A stretch of DNA of 64,000 nt from assembly GCA_965223705.1 (NCBI GenBank), contig OZ245015.1:3040001-3104000 (forward strand), written 5' to 3'. Both the position numbers and the translations under genes were made by a program. Positions 1 to 7,519 of this stretch are shown piece after piece. This DNA comes from Myxococcota bacterium (GTDB taxonomy: Bacteria; Myxococcota_A; UBA9160; UBA6930). Each line of letters starts with the position of its first letter. The stretch's first letter is position 1. The notes under the pieces were generated by a model that was not told the origin of the DNA, made no database searches, and worked only from the letters and a program-made list of their open reading frames with translations.

Positions 1-575
1 CCCGTCACCAGCACGGTGCTCTCCGTGTCGGCCACGTTTTGAATGAGCGTCACCAGCTCACGGATCGCAGCGGACTCTCCGACGATCTCGGGGATCTGAC
101 CCGGCCGCTGGGTATCGCTCGGCGCCGCTCTGCGGTCTGTGGTGGGTCCGACGGCCGCGCCCTCCATCTGATCGAGATCCTCGTGGGTCCACGGCTTGCT
201 CAGAAAAAACGAGATCGCCCCGCGGTTGATGGCGTCTCGCATCAGGGGCGCTTCGGGAGCCGCGGTCATCAGAACTCGCTGAATCTCGGGGTTCTCAGCG
301 CGCAAACCGGCGAGGAACTCGATCCCCGTCGTTCCCGGAAGATCCTGGTCCGCCACGACGATCGAGATGCTCGCACCCGCGATAGCGAGCGAAGCTTCTT
401 CGACGTCGCCGGCTTCTTCGCAGATCCAGCCACGTCGGCGAAGTTCCCGAGCGAGCGAGCGCCTGACCGCGATATCGTCATCGACAACGAGCGCGACTCC
501 CGGCCACTCTCCGCGAAAGCGACTGACTCGCTCGCGTTCGGATTGAAATCGCTTCGCTTCCGAATGAACTTCCAT
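1..575 (-). CDS. Sigma54-dependent response regulator (REC + start of AAA+), NtrC family; 3' end runs off the window
   Basis: Not in the ORF track; translated by hand from ATG at 575. Receiver motifs: ALVVDDD, IVVADQDLPG (phospho-Asp), VLMTA, LSKPW. These are followed by IVGESAAIRELVTLIQNVADTESTVLVTG, the typical entry into a sigma54-activator Walker A. Confidence 0.88.
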   Translation of the reverse strand, partial: MEVHSEAKRFQSERERVSRFRGEWPGVALVVDDDIAVRRSLARELRRRGWICEEAGDVEEASLAIAGASISIVVADQDLPGTTGIEFLAGLRAENPEIQRVLMTAAPEAPLMRDAINRGAISFFLSKPWTHEDLDQMEGAAVGPTTDRRAAPSDTQRPGQIPEIVGESAAIRELVTLIQNVADTESTVLVT

Positions 576-635
576 TCTGGGAACCGCCTTTCTTGCGCGT
601 TGGGTGCGCTTTCAACTTCGCCGTAAGCCTTTCTC

Positions 636-662
636 GAATCGGCGACGAACCGGCAGTTCTTA
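636..662 (-). promoter_or_regulatory. Putative sigma28 (FliA)-type promoter upstream of the response regulator
   Basis: Minus strand reads TAAG-N15-GCCGATTC; FliA consensus is TAAA-N15-GCCGATAA. About 60 nt upstream of the ATG. Confidence 0.6.
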
Positions 663-758
663 AGAATTTATGAACGCTTTCTTCGAATACTGAAATCCCG
701 CGTTGCAGCTTGTAGCCTGCCCACTGGGTTCACCCTAAGGGTTTCTCTCGATTTCGGG

Positions 759-1511
759 CTACGGGCGACCACCGCGCAGGTTCTTGTGGAGGAACACGAT
801 CTCGACGCGCCGGTTGCGCTGCCGATTCTCGACGGTGTCATTCGGGGCGATCGGTCGGTAGTGCGCGTAGCCCGCCGCCGCGAGACGTTCCGGCGAAACG
901 CCCGCCACCTCGACGAGATAGCGCACGGTGCTCACGGCACGAGCTGTGGAAATATTCCAATTGTCGCCGCCAGCGCCGGGCTTCTGACTGTCTGAATGGC
1001 CCTCGACGGAAACCTCTTCTTCGACGTCTCGTACCAGACTCGCCAGCTCTTCCAACAGGAGCAATGACTCCGCGCGCAACTGTGCCGAACCGGGCTCGAA
1101 CAAGAGCTCGCCTTTCACCCGAGCCGTGACACCGCGATCGGTCTCCTCGACTTCGACCCACTGCTCGAGGTTGCGGCCCTTGACCGCCATTTCGATCTTG
1201 CGAAGCAGATCTGGATCGCGCTTCGACGCGCGGTGGGTGGGATTCGAGATCACCGGGCGGCTCGCGGAATCGGACTCGGTGAGCTCAAAGACCGAAGACG
1301 ACTGGGAATCGAGGTGTCCGGGCTCTTCCTTCTGGCTCCCGAAGGCGTCTTTCATCGAGCCGACCATGGCCGCCCATTTGACGACGTCCATGTTCGCGAA
1401 AGACAGCAGAAGCACGAAGAAGCACAACAAGAGACTCATGAGATCGCCGAACGTCGCCATCCATGCCGGGACCCCCTCTTCGCCGGGCGGTTGTTCTTCT
1501 TCTTCCGCCAC
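759..1511 (-). CDS. motB: Flagellar stator B subunit (MotB/PomB-like), OmpA-like peptidoglycan-binding C-terminus
   Basis: TM motif WMATFGDLMSLLLCFFVLLLSF with the conserved Asp; VEGHSD, NWNISTARA and NRRVEI OmpA motifs; GTG start overlaps motA stop (TAGTG). Confidence 0.95.
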   Translation of the reverse strand: MAEEEEQPPGEEGVPAWMATFGDLMSLLLCFFVLLLSFANMDVVKWAAMVGSMKDAFGSQKEEPGHLDSQSSSVFELTESDSASRPVISNPTHRASKRDPDLLRKIEMAVKGRNLEQWVEVEETDRGVTARVKGELLFEPGSAQLRAESLLLLEELASLVRDVEEEVSVEGHSDSQKPGAGGDNWNISTARAVSTVRYLVEVAGVSPERLAAAGYAHYRPIAPNDTVENRQRNRRVEIVFLHKNLRGGRP

Positions 1512-2278
1512 TACTCTTTCGATTCCTGGTAAGCGGCCCTTTCGGTCGGAGACAAGAAGGCCTCGAGCTTCGACTGGATCACCATGCTGTTGTCGCCCTT
1601 GAGAATCGATTCCACGCCCACGACGGCGAGTGTCTTGCGCAGGGTCTCCTCACCCGAGCGAGCTTCGAGCTTCGACGCGATCGGATTGCAGATGACAAAG
1701 GCGATGATCGCACCGTACATGGTGGTCAGGAGGGCAACGGCCATCGACGGACCGATCGCCGCCGGGTCTTCCAGAGCCTGGAGCATTTGGACGAGACCGA
1801 TGAGGGTCCCGATCATGCCCATCGCGGGGCCTGAGCCCGCAGCGAACTTGAAGATCGCCTGGCCCCGCAAATGGCGCTTGCGCAGAGCCGCAAGTTCGGA
1901 ATTCAGTGCCTCGGTAATGACCTCGGGGCTCAAACCATCGACGCCGAGCTTGACGCCGCGAGCGAGAAACTCGTCCTCGATTTCCTCGTTTTCCAGGGAC
2001 ACGAGCCCCTCTTTGCGCGCCTTCCCGGCCAGATCCACGATCCGATCAATCAACTCTCCCGGGCTCGCGGTCTTGTTGAAGAAGGCTTGGAGAGCCACCT
2101 TCACAGCGCCGATGACCTGGGGCATGCCTTCGTTGATCAGGACCGTTGCGAACGTTCCCCCGACGACGATCAGAAGGCCCGGGGCGTTGACGAACATCAT
2201 GATCGAGCCGCCGAGCAGCATCGATCCGATGATCAGCCCGAACCCCAAAACGATTCCAATTACCGTTGCCAGATCCAT
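1511..2278 (-). CDS. motA: Flagellar stator A subunit (MotA/PomA-like)
   Basis: MDLATVIG start, ARKEGLVSLE, GPAMGMIGTLIGLVQML, AVALLTTMYG; 255 aa, adjacent to motB. Confidence 0.95.
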   Translation of the reverse strand: MDLATVIGIVLGFGLIIGSMLLGGSIMMFVNAPGLLIVVGGTFATVLINEGMPQVIGAVKVALQAFFNKTASPGELIDRIVDLAGKARKEGLVSLENEEIEDEFLARGVKLGVDGLSPEVITEALNSELAALRKRHLRGQAIFKFAAGSGPAMGMIGTLIGLVQMLQALEDPAAIGPSMAVALLTTMYGAIIAFVICNPIASKLEARSGEETLRKTLAVVGVESILKGDNSMVIQSKLEAFLSPTERAAYQESKE

Positions 2279-2430
2279 CGACGCGAGTTCCTACGGTTTG
2301 CCGGTCGGCGGTACTACGCTTGCGTCATCGGTTCTTCGCGACGACCGGTCGATCGGTAGAACCCCGCAATTCCGAATCAGCGGAAGACCGGATTTCTGAC
2401 CCAAACCGACTTCCCGTGGCACTCACTCTC

Positions 2431-2610
2431 ATGGTGAGCGTTTCCATCTACTTGGCGGGGCTTCTGTGCGCTGCCTACACGACGAGCGAGCTTCTCCGCC
2501 TGGGAACGAAGCGGCCCCTTCCCAAGGCTTACGTCCGCGGCACCGGCCGCCCGCTGAATTTTCGGGTCGACCGCAGAAGCGGCGGCCGCCGTAAGACCGA
2601 TCGCGCCTAG
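2431..2610 (+). CDS. Putative small membrane-anchored protein with Arg-rich tail (59 aa)
   Basis: MVSVSIYLAGLLCAAYTT hydrophobic N-terminus; C-terminus DRRSGGRRKTDRA. Fills the gap between motA and the HDOD gene, and its stop overlaps the HDOD stop. Confidence 0.45.
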   Translation: MVSVSIYLAGLLCAAYTTSELLRLGTKRPLPKAYVRGTGRPLNFRVDRRSGGRRKTDRA

Positions 2611-3446
2611 GCGATTCGCTCCATCACCTCGCCGGCCCCATCGACGCCGAGTTCGAGAATTTCCCTCGCCTCGTCCTCTTCGAGCTTTCCGACCATCTTC
2701 GCCATCGTGATGATCGCCGGATAGGCGCGGTTCCAATCGAGCTCGGGCAACAGGCCCGCCAGCACGATCGGGAGAGGTGCGGGATCGGGATCGTCGGGAC
2801 TCGGGTGATGCCCGGAGATGGCCTTCTGCATCTCTTTCGGCAACCCCCAACGATCGGCGATCGCACCTCCGATCTCGGCGTGATCCCAACCGAAGGTCGC
2901 TTGCTCGATTTCGTGGAGGGGAGCCTCCCCCCGATGCCAGCGCTCGACTACTTCTCCGTACGGGTCGCCGAGCCACTCGCACAACAAGGGAATCGCGACG
3001 TCCTGCAGGAGGGCCGCCGTAAACAGACCCGCCGCGTCCCGTAACCCGAGCTCCCCGCAAAAGGCGCGCGTTACCGAAGCGCGGCGCGCGGCCGCTTGCC
3101 AAAAACGCCGCGGATCGAACCCGCGCATGCGCTTGTTCGCCATCACGTCTTTTACCCCCGCCGTGATGAGGAGCGACTCGAGATTCGCTCGACCCATCAG
3201 TGCGGAGGCGTGACCGGCGTCGACGACGGTGTGGCGCAATCCGAAGCCAGGAGAATTCACGATCTTGAGAACTTCGACGGAAAGCCCTGGGTCGAGCGCG
3301 ATCACCGCACCGACCGAAGCCAGATCGGACTCGGGGTCGCGCAGAGCGGCGAGCGCGTCCTGTACGGCGGTTCCGAACGTGCCGAGCTCGTAGGAATCGA
3401 TGAGCGCATCGAGCTTCTTCTTCTTCGATCGCTTTCGTCCCAGCAC
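2607..3446 (-). CDS. Stand-alone HDOD domain protein
   Basis: DPGLSVEVLKIVNSPGFGL, RFWQ, TAALLQDVAIP, FGWDHAEIGGAIADRWGLP and GHH motifs. GTG start at 3446 overlaps the upstream stop (TAGTG); the long N-terminal part of ORF 2607..4241 is spurious. Confidence 0.88.
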   Translation of the reverse strand: MLGRKRSKKKKLDALIDSYELGTFGTAVQDALAALRDPESDLASVGAVIALDPGLSVEVLKIVNSPGFGLRHTVVDAGHASALMGRANLESLLITAGVKDVMANKRMRGFDPRRFWQAAARRASVTRAFCGELGLRDAAGLFTAALLQDVAIPLLCEWLGDPYGEVVERWHRGEAPLHEIEQATFGWDHAEIGGAIADRWGLPKEMQKAISGHHPSPDDPDPAPLPIVLAGLLPELDWNRAYPAIITMAKMVGKLEEDEAREILELGVDGAGEVMERIA

Positions 3447-4420
3447 TAGTCCGCCCTTCGAGCGAGTTTGTTCGAGAAGATCGCCAAGAGTCCGCCGAGC
3501 CCGACGTAGCCGAGGAAGACCTCGGCGATCACGAGCGCCTGTGCACCCGCAGACGCGGGAACAATGTCTCCGTACCCGAGTGTCGTCAGCGTGACGACGC
3601 TGAAGTAGAACGGCGCGAGCCAGGTGTCTCGCGCGCCGTAGTCGATCGCGCAGAGCGTGTAGAGACCCGCGAACAAGGTGACCAAGACGACAATGGACAA
3701 CGCCCAGCGGGACAAGGAGCGACCGCAGTCTGAAGTGATCTTCCAGAGGTGGTAGAGCAGCGCCGAAGCGCGGCTCCGGTTGCGGAACTCGTGCAGGTAG
3801 TTCTCGTCCAGGATGAAGCGCCGCAAGAGATGTGCCCTTCGGAAATCGGCGTTTCGGATATCGACCTCGGCCCAGTCCGCGCCCTCGAACCCGTGCACGT
3901 CGGCCAACACCGCTTCCTGCAAGTTCGCTCCGACGAAACTCGCACCCGCGACGTCGGCTTCGGACAAGTCGGCACCGCGAATATCGGCGCGGTTGAAGTC
4001 GCACTCGCGGAGATCTGCAGACACCAACCGAGCCGCGGAAAGACGCGCGCCGACGAACCGCGCACCGCGGAGCGAACCGTGACTGAGCGACGTCTCGCTG
4101 AGATCCGCGCCTGAAAAGTCCGCCGATTCGAGGTTGGCGCGGCCGAAGCCACACCCGGGTGCGATGACACCGGACAGATCGGCACCCGATAGGTTCGCGC
4201 CCAGGCACTCGGCGCCGGAGAGTCTCGCTTCGTGGAGGCAAGCGTCGTCGAGGCGAGCTCCAGCGAGTTGCGCGTGGTCCAGGTTCGCCCCGGTGAAATC
4301 CAACGAACGAAGGTCGCGGTTTCGGAGGTCGAGCTTGGACAAATCGCAGCCGCGCAGGTCGAAATCCCCCAGATTTTCGGGGATCCCTTCCGCGCGCAGG
4401 TGCTGTTCGAGATCCTTCAT
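3446..4420 (-). CDS. Pentapeptide-repeat protein fused to a 2-TM potassium-channel pore domain
   Basis: About 170 aa of A[DN]L..-type pentapeptide repeats, then TM - FYFSVVTLTTLGYGDIVP (K+ selectivity filter TxGYGD) - TM. Confidence 0.9.
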   Translation of the reverse strand: MKDLEQHLRAEGIPENLGDFDLRGCDLSKLDLRNRDLRSLDFTGANLDHAQLAGARLDDACLHEARLSGAECLGANLSGADLSGVIAPGCGFGRANLESADFSGADLSETSLSHGSLRGARFVGARLSAARLVSADLRECDFNRADIRGADLSEADVAGASFVGANLQEAVLADVHGFEGADWAEVDIRNADFRRAHLLRRFILDENYLHEFRNRSRASALLYHLWKITSDCGRSLSRWALSIVVLVTLFAGLYTLCAIDYGARDTWLAPFYFSVVTLTTLGYGDIVPASAGAQALVIAEVFLGYVGLGGLLAIFSNKLARRAD

Positions 4421-4427
4421 GACGACT

Positions 4428-5948
4428 CTACGCGCCCTCCGTCACGTCGTCTCCCGGAAAGAACATCGCTTGGTTTCGGCCACCGTTTTTCGCCTGATAT
4501 AAATACCGGTCGGCGACCCCGATCAAGCGCTCGATATCACTGGGTGACTGGATTCGCTTCGTCAACGCGCCGCCGAGGCTGATGGTGGCGTTGACTTTCT
4601 TGCCTCCCGGCAGCTCGAAGACCTCGTCCTCCATAACGGCGCGCAAGCGTTCTGCCAGAGCCCGGAGCCCCGTGCTATTGGCGTTCGGCATGATGATGGC
4701 GAACTCCTCGCCGCCGTAGCGCGCGGGGATGTCGTCGGGCCGCATGACACGTCGCATGCGCGCGGCTACTTGGCGCAAGACCTCATCTCCACCCGGATGT
4801 CCGTACGTATCGTTCAGCGCCTTGAAGTGATCGATGTCGATCATCAACAGACCGAGGGCACCCTCCAGGGGTTCGTTCATCCGCTCGGTGGCGTGTTTCT
4901 CCATGGCTTCGTCGAACGCCGCTCGGTTCGGTAGACCGGTCAGCGCGTCGGTCGTCGCTTTGTCTGTGAGGTCGCGTACCTTGGTGCGAGCCGCGTGCAT
5001 CTCGGTTGCGACCCCGAGGCTGACCTGTACCAGTTGCTCTTGAGCCTTGCGAAGAATCTCGACCGGAGACTCCCGATCGAAAGCCTGGCACTCGAGGACC
5101 ATCGCCGTTTCCCGCACCTGCTCTTCGAGGCCCGAGACCGCTTCGGTGCAGTCTTCGGGTGTCCATTCGAAGAACCTCTCCGCCGTGTTCACCAACCGAT
5201 CGAGGGCCGTGCCTTTGTCTTTCGAAACGAACAAGTCCGCGCACAACCACGCGCAATGGACAATCTGCGCCAACAGTTCCGCGTCTTCGGTGTCCGATGC
5301 CGTTGCGGCGGGATCTTGGTGACCGAGCACCGGCGCCCAGATCGCCTCGGGGATGGACCACGATTCGAGAAGCGCGGCGCCGACTTCGGGGCTCGTAAAA
5401 CCGAGCACGGGGCGCTCGTGTTCGGCCGTGGGCCAGACGTCGTTCGCCTGCGACACGACGTCCGCGTAGCGCTCGGGCATGGCTTCTTGGATGGCGAGTT
5501 GACCCAGCTGTGCCAGCAAGCCGACGAGAAAGCCCTGGTCGGCGACCACGGGCTTGACTCGATTCGCGAAGGCGCGGGACGCGACGGCGCACACGACGCA
5601 GCGCTCCCAGTACTCCGCGTAATTGAAGTTGCCTTGACCCTTCGTCGGTAAGGAAGCAACCAGGGAAAAGGAGAGAGACATCAACTTGACGGTCTTGAGA
5701 CCCAGGACCATCGTCGCGCGTTCGAGCGTCGTCACCTCGGAACCGACGCCGAAGAGACCGGAGTTCGAAACTTTTAGAATCTTGCCGGCGAGTGCCGGAT
5801 CCTGCGCGAGGGCCGTCGCGAGATCGTTGATCGAGCTGGTCTCATCCGCAGTGAGGCGAAGCACCTCTACAGCCACGCCCGGAATCGTCGGAAGATGCTC
5901 CGACTTCGCGAGTTCTTCCGGCAACGACAGGGTCGGGGTTTCGGTCAT
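4428..5948 (-). CDS. HDOD-GGDEF diguanylate cyclase
   Basis: N-terminal HDOD (LPTIPGVA, QDPALAGKILKVSNS); C-terminal DALTGLPNR, DIDHFKALNDTYGH, RPDD I-site and RYGGEEF. ATG at 5948 with a GGAG RBS. Confidence 0.93.
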   Translation of the reverse strand: MTETPTLSLPEELAKSEHLPTIPGVAVEVLRLTADETSSINDLATALAQDPALAGKILKVSNSGLFGVGSEVTTLERATMVLGLKTVKLMSLSFSLVASLPTKGQGNFNYAEYWERCVVCAVASRAFANRVKPVVADQGFLVGLLAQLGQLAIQEAMPERYADVVSQANDVWPTAEHERPVLGFTSPEVGAALLESWSIPEAIWAPVLGHQDPAATASDTEDAELLAQIVHCAWLCADLFVSKDKGTALDRLVNTAERFFEWTPEDCTEAVSGLEEQVRETAMVLECQAFDRESPVEILRKAQEQLVQVSLGVATEMHAARTKVRDLTDKATTDALTGLPNRAAFDEAMEKHATERMNEPLEGALGLLMIDIDHFKALNDTYGHPGGDEVLRQVAARMRRVMRPDDIPARYGGEEFAIIMPNANSTGLRALAERLRAVMEDEVFELPGGKKVNATISLGGALTKRIQSPSDIERLIGVADRYLYQAKNGGRNQAMFFPGDDVTEGA

Positions 5949-5981
5949 CAATCTCTCCGGCAACGGTTACACCGCCATTCC

Positions 5982-6009
5982 AAATCGTCCGCTCGCACTG
6001 GACACTTGA
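5982..6009 (-). promoter_or_regulatory. Putative sigma28 (FliA)-type promoter for the HDOD-GGDEF operon
   Basis: Minus strand reads TCAAG-N15-GACGATTT, with the same spacing as the motif at 636-662; about 33 nt upstream of the ATG. Confidence 0.5.
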
Positions 6010-6041
6010 GGAATCCGAGGCGCGCAAAGCCGGGTGCTAAA

Positions 6042-7214
6042 TCACACGGATCGACCACTTCTCGCGATCAGAATCCCGGAGATGGCGGAAGCGATCGCCA
6101 GGCCGGTATACGCCGACGGCATGCTGCCGGTGTGCTTCGCCACCGAGGAAAACAGGGCCGGACCGACCACGAGGCCCGAGTAGACGAAGCAGATCGTGGT
6201 CCCCACTGCTGTAGCGAGTTGTTCCCGCGGAACGACGCGGACAACCTCGGCGATGAACACACCATTCCATCCTGCAATGGTGACCCCGGACAGGGCGGCG
6301 ATTCCCGCGACGGGGAGAAAGGACCATCCCGGCTGCATCGCCGCGAGCCCGAGCATGGCGAGCGCGCCAAAGACCGCGATTCCGAGCAGGAGATGGCGAC
6401 CGGCGATCCACCGTTCGGAGAGGTAGCCCCACACGAGGCGCGACAGCACGCCCCCGGCTTGGGTGATCGATAGCGCGATGCCGGCGAGGCGATAGTCCAT
6501 CCCGATCCGATCGACGAGATCGATCACGAGGAACGTAAAGGTGCACATCTGCACGCCGGCGAACAGAAACGATGCGATGGTCAGCTTGCGCAGTGCCGGG
6601 TCGTCCCGGAGGAGAGACCATGCGAAGGGCATGCCCTCTCCGGGATCGCCGAGCGCATGGGAGTCCGTCGTCTTGCGGAGCGGTTCTACGGCGGCGGCGC
6701 AGATCAGCGCGAAGACCGATACCGCCACGAGCCCGGCGAACCAGCCGTACCAGACCGCGAACGTCGGAAGCAACGCCCCGCCCAACATGACACCGAAGGG
6801 TGCGCCAGACTGCTTTACCGCCAGGACGAACGGCCGGTCGCGATCCTCGGTGACTGTCGTGAGGATCTGCGTGGACGCCGGAGTGAAGGGACCGTAGCCG
6901 AGACCGACGGCGACCCCACCGATGAGCGCCAGCGACCAGGAGTGGGCTCCCGGCGCGAGCAGTGCCGTGGCGGCCACCAGCATGCCGAACTGGCTGGTCC
7001 GGATGGGGCCAAAGCGACGGATGGGGGCCGGAGAAAAGAGTGAGCCGATCGCCGCGCCGAGAAAGACCAACGACGAGTAGAAGCCGATCTGCGCCCCGTC
7101 GATCCCGAGATCGGGACCGAGCTTGGGTGCGAGGATCGCGACCGCGAAGAGCATGACGCTCCCCGCGATCTGCAGTACGACCATCGCAGTCAGCGGACCG
7201 ACGTAGGCTTTCAC
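6042..7214 (-). CDS. MFS transporter
   Basis: 390 aa with about 12 hydrophobic segments; motif A-like WGYLSERW; AVKQSGAPFG. Confidence 0.85.
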   Translation of the reverse strand: MKAYVGPLTAMVVLQIAGSVMLFAVAILAPKLGPDLGIDGAQIGFYSSLVFLGAAIGSLFSPAPIRRFGPIRTSQFGMLVAATALLAPGAHSWSLALIGGVAVGLGYGPFTPASTQILTTVTEDRDRPFVLAVKQSGAPFGVMLGGALLPTFAVWYGWFAGLVAVSVFALICAAAVEPLRKTTDSHALGDPGEGMPFAWSLLRDDPALRKLTIASFLFAGVQMCTFTFLVIDLVDRIGMDYRLAGIALSITQAGGVLSRLVWGYLSERWIAGRHLLLGIAVFGALAMLGLAAMQPGWSFLPVAGIAALSGVTIAGWNGVFIAEVVRVVPREQLATAVGTTICFVYSGLVVGPALFSSVAKHTGSMPSAYTGLAIASAISGILIARSGRSV

Positions 7215-7244
7215 GAACTCATAGGGACCGGAACGAGCGGGTGC

Positions 7245-7490
7245 TCATCCGCCGCCGATCTGCGGCAGGAAATGGATCTCGCTGTCCGACTCGAGTTCTT
7301 CGAGCATCGGGTCGGGAACGATCTCGCCGTCGATGGACACAGCGAGCCCGCTCTCCGTGAGTTCGCGTAGGGCGGGAAACCGTTCGCGAAGCTCGCGGAA
7401 GAGCTCGCGAACGTTGCGCGCCTCAATCTCGAGGCGTTCTTCGCCGCCCGCCGCTTCGCGCAACGTCGCGGGCAACACCACCGAGGCCAC
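7245..7490 (-). CDS. MoaD/ThiS family sulfur-carrier protein
   Basis: 81 aa ubiquitin-like protein ending FLPQIGGG. Confidence 0.85.
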   Translation of the reverse strand: MASVVLPATLREAAGGEERLEIEARNVRELFRELRERFPALRELTESGLAVSIDGEIVPDPMLEELESDSEIHFLPQIGGG

Positions 7491-7519
7491 GCCGACTCAG
7501 GTTCCCGAGCGCTGCACGG

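Noticed and set aside
39..626. 195-aa plus-strand ORF
   Set aside because: It is the shadow of the minus-strand sigma54 response regulator (1-575), which has clear REC and AAA+ motifs.
759..2278. MotA/MotB pair as Zorya (ZorAB) anti-phage system or ExbBD/TolQR
   Set aside because: MotA is a normal 255 aa with no long cytoplasmic tail, no zorC/D/E neighbours are present, and the motifs match flagellar PomA/PomB with an OmpA-like domain.
2280..2320. c-di-GMP-I riboswitch upstream of motA (GGCAAACC on the minus strand)
   Set aside because: The expected GNRA-capped P2 stem and the downstream GACGCAAAG/P3 elements are absent, and the ATG follows within about 20 nt.
3446..4420. Qnr/MfpA-type quinolone-resistance pentapeptide protein
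   Set aside because: The repeats are fused to a membrane K+ pore domain and lie in a signalling operon, unlike soluble gyrase-protecting proteins.
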